DNA of 64,000 nucleotides from Ruditapes philippinarum (Eukaryota): NCBI RefSeq assembly GCF_026571515.1, contig NW_026853568.1, positions 1 to 64,000 of the forward strand, read 5' to 3'. Shown piece by piece: positions 52,501 to 63,717 of this stretch (position 1 is its first letter; each line of letters starts with the position of its first letter). The notes under the pieces were generated by a model. It saw only the letters and a program-made list of their open reading frames with translations, ran no database searches and was not told where the DNA came from. The position numbers and the translations under genes were made by a program.

Positions 52501-52843
52501 CAAGAAATTTTACACTCATTGCTTAGTACTGGTTGGTTCCAGGAACGGATTCGAAAATGCTTCAATAAGTTTATAGCTTCCAACACAATCGAACTGAAAT
52601 AAAATTAGTTTAAACCAAGCTGATGGCAACTGTAAATACCGATAATAGTAAACATTGTGTATTTTTTGTAGCAAAAATAAAGTGATGCCAGGCTCTACTA
52701 AGAGCAACATCGCCGCAAAAGGCCTGCCAGAAATGAAGGTCGTCCCTGACGGACCTGTCGTAGAAGTTGATAGTACGCTAGGGCCGAAAAAGACAACATT
52801 CAGTAGATATTTCAACGTCAACAAAATTGGACCAACTGAATAG
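34463..52843 (+). CDS. Receptor copy B: ~1940-aa type I membrane protein (SP - EMI - NIM/EGF - 6 EGF - unassigned beta-rich region - RKRR-flanked coiled-coil hairpin - acidic helical region - Ig - cbEGF - TM - tail), 18 exons, 3 apparent frameshifts
   Basis: Manual GT-AG splicing with consistent phases: 34463-34518, 34742-34855, 37728-37807, 38527-38625, 40691-40813, 42290-42412, 42958-43080, 43329-43455, 43833-43946, 44389-44514, 44851-45736, 46605-46743, 46889-47033, 47196-50345, 50643-50765, 51490-51540, 52047-52122, 52672-52843. Total 5827 nt; removing +1 (~43437), +1 (~48311) and +2 (49161-49162) gives 5823 nt = 1940 aa + stop. The 3' half is colinear with the paralog at 2561-8168. Confidence 0.85.
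34585..34695. mobile_element. Half copy of a palindromic MITE in receptor B intron 1
   Basis: Matches the left arm of 59414-59641. Confidence 0.75.
34742..34855 (+). CDS. Receptor B exon 2, N-half of EMI domain ([33 protein letters not shown])
   Basis: tttcag acceptor, AA|gtatgt donor; C...CW-x3-RC-x2-Y spacing typical of EMI domains. Confidence 0.75.
35122..37672 (+). mobile_element. Two tandem hairpin-bearing non-autonomous elements (AGAGGATATT head; Crypton-like)
   Basis: 35122-35407 and 37319-37672 share their head and the ...aaatcggcac.ggtatgtgat tail; the second has a ~45-bp-arm palindrome at ~37343-37447. Confidence 0.6.
35408..37307. mobile_element. 1.9-kb non-autonomous TIR element with a 4-bp TSD (ATGT), inserted in the tail of the element above
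   Basis: cgacgttctagtgctat ... atagcactagaccgtcg TIRs; ATGT at 35404-35407 and 37308-37311; subterminal ttacgccct repeats. Confidence 0.75.
37728..37807 (+). CDS. Receptor B exon 3, C-half of EMI domain with CCxGY ([28 protein letters not shown])
   Basis: aacacag acceptor, phase 2 to 1; CCSGY is the EMI/Nimrod CCxGY motif. Confidence 0.8.
38527..38625 (+). CDS. Receptor B exon 4, NIM-like EGF repeat ([33 protein letters not shown])
   Basis: ttccag / G|gtaac; PIC..C.NGG.C..P..C.C..GF pattern. Confidence 0.85.
40691..40813 (+). CDS. Receptor B exon 5, calcium-binding EGF ([41 protein letters not shown])
   Basis: 123-nt phase 1-1 exon, DINEC...CxNxxGSF consensus. Confidence 0.9.
42290..42412 (+). 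CDS. Receptor B exon 6, cbEGF ([41 protein letters not shown])
   Basis: 123-nt phase 1-1 exon inside ORF 42265..42474. Confidence 0.9.
42958..43080 (+). CDS. Receptor B exon 7, cbEGF ([41 protein letters not shown])
   Basis: 123-nt phase 1-1 exon inside ORF 42927..43136. Confidence 0.9.
43329..43455 (+). CDS. Receptor B exon 8, cbEGF with an apparent +1 frameshift ([42 protein letters not shown])
   Basis: 127 nt (126+1). Removing one T from ttt at 43436-43438 restores DLRTCSV and phase 1. Not in the ORF track. Confidence 0.85.
43833..43946 (+). CDS. Receptor B exon 9, Notch-type EGF ([38 protein letters not shown])
   Basis: 114-nt phase 1-1 exon; the ORF track reports only the antisense frame. 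Confidence 0.9.
44024..44244 (+). mobile_element. tRNA-derived SINE
   Basis: A box (tggccgggtagtt), B box (ggttcaaacc), CORE-like gtttccttgagcaagaaacttt; second copy at 52375. Confidence 0.8.
44389..44514 (+). CDS. Receptor B exon 10, cbEGF ([42 protein letters not shown])
   Basis: 126-nt phase 1-1 exon. Confidence 0.9.
44851..45736 (+). CDS. Receptor B exon 11, unassigned beta-rich extracellular domain (~295 aa)
   Basis: gacag acceptor, CC|gtaagt donor; within the 314-aa ORF 44796..45740. Confidence 0.85.
46605..46743 (+). CDS. Receptor B exon 12 ([18 protein letters not shown]...[10 protein letters not shown])
   Basis: Phase 2 to 0; homologous to exon 2561-2678 (DLWIAGEISIN...INLDIPDLEN). 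Confidence 0.8.
46889..47033 (+). CDS. Receptor B exon 13 ([13 protein letters not shown]...YTSIG)
   Basis: Strong polypyrimidine tract; homologous to exon 3030-3180 (DEWNAY...YASIG). Confidence 0.85.
47196..50345 (+). CDS. Receptor B exon 14 (3150 nt): beta/helical region, RKRR, coiled-coil hairpin with Cys-rich tip, RKRR, acidic helices, I-set Ig domain
   Basis: Three consecutive ORFs (47156..48319, 48333..49202, 49211..50350) joined by +1 (A-run 48305-48311) and +2 (49161-49162) indels. The paralog reads through both sites. Ig signature [14 protein letters not shown]...[10 protein letters not shown]. Confidence 0.88.
50643..50765 (+). CDS. Receptor B exon 15, juxtamembrane cbEGF ([41 protein letters not shown])
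   Basis: 123-nt phase 1-1 exon; paralog of 7055-7177. Confidence 0.9.
51490..51540 (+). CDS. Receptor B exon 16, stalk ([17 protein letters not shown])
   Basis: ttttcag / ATAG|gtata, phase 1-1; same position as 7391-7450 in the paralog. Confidence 0.65.
   Translation, partial: RYLKKKRTLDIAEYVT
52047..52122 (+). CDS. Receptor B exon 17, transmembrane helix ([25 protein letters not shown])
   Basis: ~23 hydrophobic residues followed by a basic stop-transfer; phase 1 to 2. Confidence 0.85.
52375..52616 (+). mobile_element. tRNA-derived SINE (second copy)
   Basis: Colinear with 44024-44244, with a duplicated A-box segment. Confidence 0.8.
52672..52843 (+). CDS. Receptor B last exon, cytoplasmic tail ([11 protein letters not shown]...[21 protein letters not shown])
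   Basis: tttgtag acceptor, phase 2; LGPKKTTF matches LGPEKTAF in the paralog. Confidence 0.8.
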
Positions 52844-54606
52844 CAAGAGAACAATCGGCTGAAACATGTGCCTCTTTGAAATGTTATACATATAACCAGA
52901 CTTTGATCTTTAATTTAATTAAGTTGTATAGAATTTGACTAGAAAAATTATTACTCAAGATTAATATGAACGTTATGTTTGTGCAACTTGTGTATGTATA
53001 AAAATGATAAACGTACGAATGACGCATTTTCAATCTTGTTATGATAGGAACATAATAGAAATGTATCTAACTATTCGAAATCGTAATTCATTGCATTATT
53101 TCTTAATTTCATGAAAAAATGTTGTAAAGATTAACATTGCATTTAAATCACTAATGTATCGATATAACTTTTTCATGAATACGTTTTGATGGAATTGTAA
53201 TCGGATAGCATGTGCGTGTATGTTGGCTAAATTTAAATTTAAAATAGTTTTTGCGATTCAAAAAATTGTTGTGCAACCTGCCGATTGACAATCAACTAAA
53301 AAGCAATCTAACTATTGAGTATTACTTACCTTAAATGATTCAAACTTGCATTTTAAGTCTTTATATACGTTGAGCTGGAAATTGTTTTGAACATTATTTA
53401 CAGAAACAAACTTATGTGCTTTGTTTCAAGACTTACCAATTAGGCAGATCATATGCTGATTAAAGGAGCTGTAAGAATAAATTATTATATTAATCAATGA
53501 TTAATTATCCCCCCCCAATTAAATAGAAATAAAAAACAAATATGATGCTACAATGATAAGTAATAATAACTTTAATCACTTTGTATAGAATGTAATTTTT
53601 ATAGTTAAAACTAATTTTGTGTGTATGAAATAAAGATTGGAAATTATTATTTATATAAAACAGCTTGCTTTCTTTGTGAAACCAAATCCCTTATAAAATG
53701 TCTAAACAAGTACTATCAAAAATAAGTGTGAACTATAAGTGATTGCAGCATATAAAGGGAATTAAGGACATTTTCAGTAAAGTCGACATATCAATCAATA
53801 ATAAAGCTTATTTTAAGGCAAATACATGAACAATACAACATTATGTGGTGGATCTATTTAGTATAGTCTGATATTACTGACCAGCCAATTATAACATTTA
53901 TTTAAATAGTCGATCTCTCTTCGGTACCTAATGTGTAGTTTACGAGAATTATTATGAAGTATATAACAAATGTTTTGAAAAGTCACAATAGCTTAATGCA
54001 TTGGCACAGTCTGTTAAGAGATTTCTAATATCTTAGAGGTCTGTAGTTCGATCCCTACTTTTGCCATTGTCGTAGACCCGCTCTTTTTTATATTTGCAAT
54101 ACAAATGTATATTATAACTGATGTGGCCGAGTGATTGCACAATTTTATATTGCCAAACAACATTGACCTGGCACTCTTGCATTTGACCATATAGCCGGTA
54201 AATCCCGTAAACGTTACGATCTACTTCAAATCGATATAAATGTATATAACCAGTTGTGAAATGGTTTCCATTAAGAATCCCTCTTAGCGCTTTCGCTAAA
54301 GGTCTTTCACTTTAAGAAAGTTCGTATGTTCGAATCCTGTTGAGGCAGTCATTTCTTTTCTTTTAGTTTTAAAATTGCCATCCTCCTAAAACTCGCCCAA
54401 ACCGTTTTATAAAGTGTGTATGTGCTTAAGCATATACAATTGCATTATGCAATTGAAAACTATGCTTAAGAAAGATTTGCGATTTTCCGTACATTTGAGT
54501 ATTTACGAAAACATATCGATTATACAAAAACAACACTACTACTACAAGATGCCCTAAACCAGATGCAGTACAGCAATTTCAAATAATTTCTTGCAAAATT
54601 AAGAAA

Positions 54607-54630
54607 ACACACACACACACACACACACAC
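54607..54630. repeat. (AC)n microsatellite
   Basis: About 12 AC units. Confidence 0.9.
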
Positions 54631-57600
54631 TCGAGAAGTTTGTCTTCATAACGTGGTTTTGGTAAAAAATCGAACCAAAGATCAGTAGCCCGGTATCTTT
54701 ACCAATACACCACACCTCACCGACGTGTGAAGTTAACAAATGTAGCGATAAATTCGTGTGATAAAGGTGTATGAAAGTTATTGTCCATCAGTATTCACCG
54801 GCCACTTCATTAATCTTTCGTATAGGTCATTGGAGTAACACTGACCGGTATTAAACGAAAATATCAGTATATTTGTTTAGTTCACAGGTCAGTGGCGGTC
54901 TAAGGTTCGATTCCTAACCAACACCACGTTATGAAGATACACATTTTCTTTTTTTAAATTACTTGCAAGTATTTCAAATCGTTTAACTACATCTGGTTTA
55001 ATGATGAAATTTAAAATATAAATTGAAATAATAACACAGTATACACATAATGAAATTATACAGACAAGAAACGGTTTCCACGAGTTTTATGAGAATGACA
55101 GTTTTAAAATGAAAATAAAAAAGAAATAAAAGATGACGACCCAGTACTCGAACCTTCGAGTTTACGCCTATATTATTGAAGTGAAATATCTTAACCGACT
55201 GCGCAAAGAGGGATTCTTATGTTACCTTTTGGTATTTGCAGTTGTTAAATTAAAGTAACAACAAATCCAAATAGGTTTTGGTTCGTATGATATATAATTT
55301 ATTAAAAGTTCACTGTCACTGTGTAATCTGATATTAAATCACATTAATATATAAAACCACTCTACTGTTATTCAAACCAGAAAGTTCCTTTCAGGTATAC
55401 TGTCAATAACACAGTTCCACTTGTTGCTCAATATCAAATGATCTGAATCAACAATAGTTAACAAGTCTGCACACTGAAATACACATTAAATGTCACTAAA
55501 TGTATTATCATTTAATGTTATACTTTTCCGAGGTTATCTCCCTTCAATCTACATTATTACATATAAAACACATCTCATCATAATATTCAATACACAGTAT
55601 CTGATACTTATTATTAAGTGGTTCTAGTGGCGTTCATTATTACATATCTTATAGGATGTCTTAATAATAATATCATCAAGTTACATTAAAATACATGACA
55701 CTTACATAATATACAATAATTACAATAAATATATGATTATCTTTAAAGTTACAATAATCACTTAGGCACAATAACATATTATTACAATATACAATTATGA
55801 CTTACCAATTTGTGGAATTGTATGCTTTACAATCAACATATCAAACACCTAACTACAATGTACACCTGGCAATCAACACATCATTCACACAGTGACTGGG
55901 TGCTGTAAATTATGTAAAGAAAGAATGCATATTATATATAATGTCAATGTGCATCATAGATATGATTTAAGTGATGTTAAATAAGGAATGCTATTTCTGA
56001 ACCATCTCAATTCTTTACACAAAAGGGAAAATCTAAACTCATGAAAATCATGAATTTACTTTCCAAATAACATAAATATTGTTTACATGGAATATAGAAG
56101 TTATTGTCCTACAATGATCTTTAAAACATACCATAATATTAATCCAATATCCTTAAAACAAATTAAAATATATCTGGCCTCCAAAAATTCAACTTTTCTC
56201 AAACTTTAGACTTTTTAACTCACTCAAAAGTCATGAACTCAATACACACTTGGAGGGAAATTCAAAACGATGATCTGATTGGCTAAAAATGATACAAGGG
56301 AAGTAACTGGAATGAACTCAACTTAGTTCAATGCACGAAAAGATGACCCTGTTACACTTATTATAATTTAGACGAATTAACATTCATAACGATTTAAAAG
56401 TAGAAAGTAATTTTACGGAATTTACCGACGATAGGGTCAGATGCAAGAGTGGTAGGTCAATATTGTTGGACAGTTCATGGTATACACACAATAAATTCAT
56501 TTTTGATAGATTTTAAAAATGATTTTCTAAATGTCCTAAGTGTTTTAAGTTTTTCATAATACCTTCTTATTTCAGCATTAGTGAAACTATGATTGTTTTG
56601 TATGATGTTTTTCTAGTTTTTATATGTTTTACACTTCTTTGGTATACTCGTTTTAAATAGAATGATGAAATTGAGAATTCATATTCAAAATTCGTTCAGA
56701 TTTAAGTCAATAAATGCCGTGTCAATGCCGTAAAACCAGTTCAGATCGAGACAAAACAGTGTTGCTAATTTGCTTTATATATGTGCGGACAATTTTGCAA
56801 GCACAGGGCCATTTCCATTAAAATGTACAACAAAATAAAAAAGTAGGTCTAAAAAAGGCAACTTTAGGGATCGAGCCACAGACTTCTCGTGTATCCGACG
56901 ATCACTGAACCGACTGTGCTAATGCGAATATAACGACGACTTCTACACATTTAGATTGTGCAACTTTTCAAAACGTTAATTGTATACTCCATGTTGAAAT
57001 TTCTTAAACTACACGGACAGGAGTCGCAGTTTGATCGAATATTTAAATGGTTCGTTCGTGTATTCATAATTGATAGGTCAATAATATCAGACTGTACAAA
57101 AAAAGAAAAACTAGGACATTTCATGACAAACTAACCATATTATATTTCACGTTTATTCTAATAGAGTTTTAAGATCATGCTTAAAGCATTACTTAGATAG
57201 ATTATAACAGTGCGTGTGTTGTTGAATAATGTAGGTATGAAGAACGGTAATTTCGAAGGCTGGTAAGCCTAAACTTGTGAAATATTACAAAACATTTAAA
57301 CGATAAACCTTGCATTATTTAATTGCAACGCAAGAAAAAATAGATTTTTTCTACGCTCATGCGTTATTTAAAGATTATTGATAAACACGCGATATACATA
57401 CGTTAAGAGAAGAAGTATTTTAACATGATGATATTTTATTTTATTAGCGTCATGTCTGGCGCAATATGATGCGTATGCATCCCATGACCAAATCGTTCAA
57501 TTTTCAATTTGTTCAAAATGGGGAATATTGTGAACCGTCTTACAATTAAGATTAATTCACATAAAATTCCCTTTTTAACAACACTAGTAGAAATATTACA

Positions 57601-59413
57601 AAACTAAAACGCGAAATATTTTTGTCTAGTGCTCTCTTGGAGAGTTGAATTGTAACAACATCGAGGCCGAATACCGACATAATTTAAGGATTCATAGAGT
57701 TGTCGTTCATATATACACCAGATTAAGACTTTATAATACATTATATATTTTCAGTCAGCAGGTAAGTTTTTAAGAAACATTTACCAGTAATGGCAAAGCA
57801 CGGCCTTATGACAAGTAATTTCGTGTTTTCCTCTGGCACCCTGCGGAGAGAAAACACGACATGGCACAATCAGCCATCGTACAAAGGATACAATATAATG
57901 TTGTGCGTTTTGCTTTGATTTAACTAAGAAATTAAACAGACAAAGTAGATTTCTATTATTATTTTGCATATTATGTACGTTTTTGATATTTTCACGTGCG
58001 TGATAATCTATGTCCGTCCGTGTGTGATTGTTATGATAAATATCAGCTAGAAATAGTCAGGGACTGATAAAATGTCAAATATAATTGAACATTTGAGCAT
58101 TTCACAAACGCCTTATAAAATGTAACGATTAGCATACTTTTAACATTTACATGATGTTCTTGTAAGCAAATACACAGACGAAATTTTACTTCATAAACTT
58201 TAAACATAGGCCTATGCAAACAGTTTAAATCACCGAAAGCGTTATAACACCATTTTTATACTCCAAGAAACGCCTTATAGCCCTTTCTCCCAGTGCCTCC
58301 TTTGACAACATATTTTTACACTTTCATCTTCATTTGTGGTATATAAGACCCATCTATCTGATTTTTTTTACTTAGGGTTTGTGCACTTCTCTTTCATTTA
58401 GTCATTGAAACAATTACTAAACAAATAATGTAAGTTATAATATAATTATCTTATTTTATCTTTTATACTCGCCAAAAATACCGGAGTTTGATAATATATT
58501 CAGCAGTTTGCCCTATTATCCAAACGAACTGTTATCTGAACATACACCGCCTGTTGTAATCAATTCTTGCTGCGCGCGCAACACTCAACATGAGAAAAAA
58601 ACAACAAGCGTCTTGCCCTATTTTCATTAAAGGTACTTAATCTGATGTTTTTTTTTTTGTTTTTTTTTTTTTGTTTTTTTTTGAAAGAAAAAATAGTTGT
58701 TCAGTGCTCGTTATTGGTATTTTACACCGGTTTGGGTGATTGTCCCATCAAAACGACAATCATCTGTGTTAAATAGCCAATAAACACCGGCCAGACCGAT
58801 ATTTTTTTCAATGAACGGTTTAAGGTAGATGATCACTAACGCTAATCTTATAAAAAGCGTGCCCAGTGATTTATTCATGTAAAGTAGTGTATCGTATACA
58901 TATACCCATCTCATTTGAATTGAACAATCAAAATTATTAGACCAAAAATAAATGATTTAGTTGAGGGTATTATTTTAAGGACTTTTGAATCAAAAATCGT
59001 CTTGCAGAAAACATTGTGAAACAAGTAATACAGATGGCACATAATGTTTCTGCTGATACAGTGCATCAACATGGTAAAGGACATACGCGAGAAAGGTTTA
59101 AGTGGTTCTTTTTCCAAATGTCGCACAAGAGCTACTGCTCACGTCGTACGTAAAATCCGTAATATGAATACGTTTGCGTATCCCCACAAACAAAGAGCAA
59201 ACAAAGAAAAATGGCAGCTAAGTGTGGGGTGTCTCTTGGCACGGTCAACAGATTATAAGCAATCATTCTTTAAGCATAACTCAGGAAAAGGTGCCGTGTT
59301 CAAAGGCTTAGTGAGGCCCATATTGTAAACTGTCACCGCATATGAGGCTATGGTTTATAAGGTTGGTAGTGACAGTCGCCGACGTGTTTACTAAATAGTT
59401 CAAAAAGAACTAT

Positions 59414-59641
59414 ATTTGAGCCACGTCATGACAAAACCAACATGGTGGCTTTGCGACCAGCATGGATCCAGACCAGCCTGTGCATCCGCGCAGTCTGATC
59501 AGGATCCATGCTGTTCGCTTACCAACTCTATTACATAGCAAACAGCATGTATTCTGATCAGACTGCACGGATGTAGGCTGGTCTGGATCCATGCTGGTCG
59601 CAAGGGCCATCATGTTGGTTTTGTCGTGACGCGACTCATTT
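59414..59641. mobile_element. Fold-back palindromic MITE (~228 bp)
   Basis: ~105-bp imperfect inverted arms: atttgagccacgtcatgacaaaaccaacat ... atgttggttttgtcgtgacgcgactcattt. Confidence 0.85.
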
Positions 59642-61394
59642 GACTACTTTATCATACTACTTATGCTGACGCTGCATTATATCATTTTAATATAAGGGAT
59701 TATTAAAATTTGTGACAAACTGACAGCCTTCTTGATTTAAGCACCATTCTTTTCATGGTTCGAATGACGATTTCCTTATCAAAAAACAAATTTATAATAC
59801 AATAACTGCAATTTTGCAACATTAGTAATGTTTATATCAATGTCAAAGATGCAAAAGAATGGGGACATTTTGGATTACTTTAACAACGCCCAAATGGCAA
59901 AATGAAAAATGTTGGAGACTCAGTTAAAGTTGAGTTAATTAGTACTTTAATCGATAAACCATTGGCGGTTTCTTAATTAATAAAAGGAATATTTTGACAA
60001 GTGAAATGTTGGCCTAATTTCTATCAGTTTCTTTTACCATTGTTTTGATGTGAAACCCTACTATAACTTTTTTTCTCCCAAAAACCAATGTAACTGGTAG
60101 ATTATACCGTGTAATAAGACGTCAGTCGTGGCATGAAATGATGAAATTAAAATCAAGTTCATTATCATATGTTTCTCATTCTGCATGCATCTGTGAATTA
60201 TTAAACTGGCATCAATATATTTGAATTTTTTATCATTTCATTTTTTCACACAATTTTTACCGATTATTCCGTTAGACTTTCGAAGTAAGATAAGTCAACG
60301 AATGTTATAACCAGTTTTTTTACCCGTTCTTTATATCATACTTCAATGCATTCAGATTTGACTGTTCTCGTAGCTCTACTACAGGTACAGGGAAGCTTAG
60401 CCTTCGAAAATGCATGCATATTATATCTTTTCATGAAGGCAATTCATTATAATGATCACTATCAATTTCAATGTTATTTTTAACAGTCATGCATAAATAA
60501 AAAAATATCTTATCAACAAAAATCGCGAGAATGCAGCATCTCAGATAAGATGTTTAAAACATAAACAGAGTGAAGTGAATTTGTTTTCCTTTGCGAACAC
60601 TCATCTGATTTCTTAAATTGCTGATAAATCTGCCGTTATGTAAATGGGAAAGACAAGCTAAATAAACATTCACATAATACATAGACAAATCCTCTTAATC
60701 TTTTCTATTGAATTATTCATAGAATAAATATCCCGCAAAAAACCCTGCCTGATTTAGCGTTCATTGAGGTACTGGAAATAAAAAAGAAAAAAGGAGAGAG
60801 AAACAAATGAATAAATGTGTAATGCCAAAAAGCAAAGGAAAACAAGCAGCAAGAATAAGTTTAAAAATTGTTATTTCTCGACTTTTTTGTTTTGACTGGT
60901 CGCGGGGCGAAAACACGAATGACACAGATCAACCAGCATATAAGTTGGACCATACGGCCACAACGTTTACACTTATAAGTCTATACAAATGAATATTATA
61001 ACGTAGAATTAAACAAACCAGCTTCCGTCTATGCTCTGACAAAATAGTATAGATCCTATATTAAGATTGATAATAATTATGGGCAGAAGCGTTTCATATT
61101 ATCCAACATTCTTATATAAATGATAAAAACCTAATATTTCACTTGATGTCTGCTCTTTTTTCTGCAACGCATCCATACTTATCACATCGTGTCTTCTTAC
61201 GTACACAGTTTTATAATGAAACATATCAAGAATGATCACAAAGTTCTTAACCATGACATGTTTATAAACTAGCGGCAAATCATGTGACAGGTACTTTATG
61301 CTGATTTTATACTTTAAAATTCGACTTTTATTACATTGAATGCCTTAAAGTATCATGTCATGAATCGCTTTGTAAACCAGTCTTATGTATCTCA

Positions 61395-62260
61395 AAGTAA
61401 TATTAGAAATCACTTTCTTTAAATTCCTTTATTATTGTTGAAATACGGGACTCTAAATCATGGACGACCAGTGGCAACATTGCAAACAATTATAATTCAA
61501 AGAATATATTTTCCAAAAGATAAAAAGCAAGGACATTTGATTACAAACTGAAAAGCTTTTATTTTACATTCATTCATATAGTGCATTAAGATTATGTTTA
61601 AAGCAATTAATAGTTTAAGTCCTACAAAAATATCAATTTTGTGCGTTTTGTTAAGGAAACATATATAAATTTTAGCGCAATATTGTAGAATAATGCACAG
61701 TACGTAATATAAGAAATCACTTTCTTTTAATTCCTGATATTATTGTAGATATTCGGCACTTTACATCTTGGACGACCAGTGTCAATATTGCAAAAACAAT
61801 AATTCTTATGATATTTTACATAAGATAAAAAGCAAGGACATTTGATAACAACCTAAAAATCTTTTATTTTACTTTTATTTTATATAGTGATTTAAGATTA
61901 TGTTTATTAAGTATTAGGAAAAAGGTATCATTTTTGTGTGTTTTGTTAAGGAAACAGATATAAAATTTAAGTGCATTGTTGTAGAGTTATGCACGGTACA
62001 ATGTAACACAAAGTAATATAAAAATCACTTTTTTTAAATTTTGATATTATTGTTGTTGAAAATTGGGACTATAAATCATGAACGACCAGTGGCAACCTTA
62101 GAAAACAATAATTCTTAGACTACGATATTTACAAAAGATAAAAAGCAAGGACATTTGATACCAACCTTTTATATTTGTTCATATAGTGCTTTTAGCCTAT
62201 GTTAAAGGCAACTTATAGTTTACGTCTTAGCATTTATCAATATTTAAGTGCTTTGTTCAT
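61395..62260. repeat. Degenerate tandem repeat, ~309-bp unit, ~2.8 copies
   Basis: acgaccagtg and gataaaaagcaaggacatttgat recur with ~309-bp spacing (near 61463, 61771, 62082). Confidence 0.85.
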
Positions 62261-62500
62261 ACTATGCATACCGTATATTGTGTAATGATAAACTTGATGG
62301 CCCTACCGGTAAGATAGGGAACTAGTGTGAAGAGTGTTAGAATGTAGAATAATGCAGGTTTGAGCGTAAATGCGAAGTTATTTTTCTTCGAAGGTCGAAG
62401 TTAGGTTGGTCTATGTAAAAAAAGAAGTATTTAAATGATTGAAACTACGCATAAGTGTACGACAGTGTAAGAAAAATGAAAGTTTTCATATAATTAAATA

Positions 62501-63717
62501 CAGTCAACATTGTATTAAGAGACCACTCAAGGGACTGCCAAAAAGTGGTCTCTTAAAGTAGTCAATAGAATTCTGGAAAATTCGAGACATTTTTACATTA
62601 CAAGTTATAGATATAATAACATCTTTTTATAAAAACAAAAATTGTACAATACTATATATGTATTACAGTTTCATAATAACATTTATGCCTTTCGTTTAAA
62701 AAAGTCATCAATATGTGTTTGGGTTTTTTTAGTAGAAATTTATGTACAAATGTGATCTACGCTCATAATACTATCAACAGGTCATTTTGACATTGAAACA
62801 AAGCATATTGTCATATATTATTAATATGTTCATACACATCTCCTGCTGAACACACTTTCAAATCATTGCAATGAGTTTTTAAATTCTTGATTTTTTCAGC
62901 AATTAGTTTTCACACTACCCCGATTTCAAAATATTAAAGTTTTAGAAATTTTAGATTATCATTACTTTTTATTTTATTCTATTAATTTTTTTTGTCAAAG
63001 GGTCAAATTTTTTGGGTACTACATGTATTATTATAAAGCATCAGATGAGCACCTACACCATCAGCAATGAAAGGCTCAGTTCTGTAATGTTTAGTCCACT
63101 ACGTTTCACTACAAACGATGGCATATGCTATTTACTCAGACTCAATTCCATGCACGATTTCCTCATTCAATTTATGCGGTATTATTAGTTGTCTGTCATT
63201 TTTCGCTCGTTCCGACTATTTTTTTGAAGGGAGGTCACTCTGAGCACATGACAAAACTATGCCAATGCGGTGTTGTGATACGTTATTGCTCTGACAAAAT
63301 ATGTCACAATAAATATTACTATCGGAAAACTGTTTCTTTCTTTCCGATTTTGAAACGATTGCAATTGATATTCAATTCGTTTTTAAACGACAATTATTTG
63401 TGACGGTATAATTGAAGGCCGTTTAATAGATACTTTAAGACCAATGCCATGAAAAATATTTGTTTGTTCAAACTTACTCGCTAATTACACAGGTGAGAAT
63501 GTCCGTAGGGACGATTGTTCGTCACGGCCGTTTAATAGATACTTTAACACAGAATTTTGTACATTTTGGCCGACATTTAGTGACCGCTGGCCGCGATACA
63601 AAATCGTCGTTTAATAGAATTAACTTATATAGTAAAAATCATCGGGAGGGATTTTATGTGGCCGCTTAATAAAAAAAAGTCGTTAAATAAAGGTGGACGC
63701 AAGTACGATGCCGTCTG
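62501..63717. mobile_element. Old Tc1/pogo-like non-autonomous element
   Basis: TA-CAG...CTG-TA ends with a degenerate TIR; subterminal gaccac/gtggtc and repeated cgtttaatag motifs. Confidence 0.45.

Noticed and set aside
1637-52843. Nuclease and receptor as an anciently co-duplicated functional pair
   Set aside because: The nuclease copies are near-identical but the receptor paralogs are highly diverged, so the ages do not match. A functional link would need conserved synteny in other species.
57781-63669. Short ORFs in the last 6 kb
   Set aside because: No recognisable motifs or exon chains; several overlap repeats.
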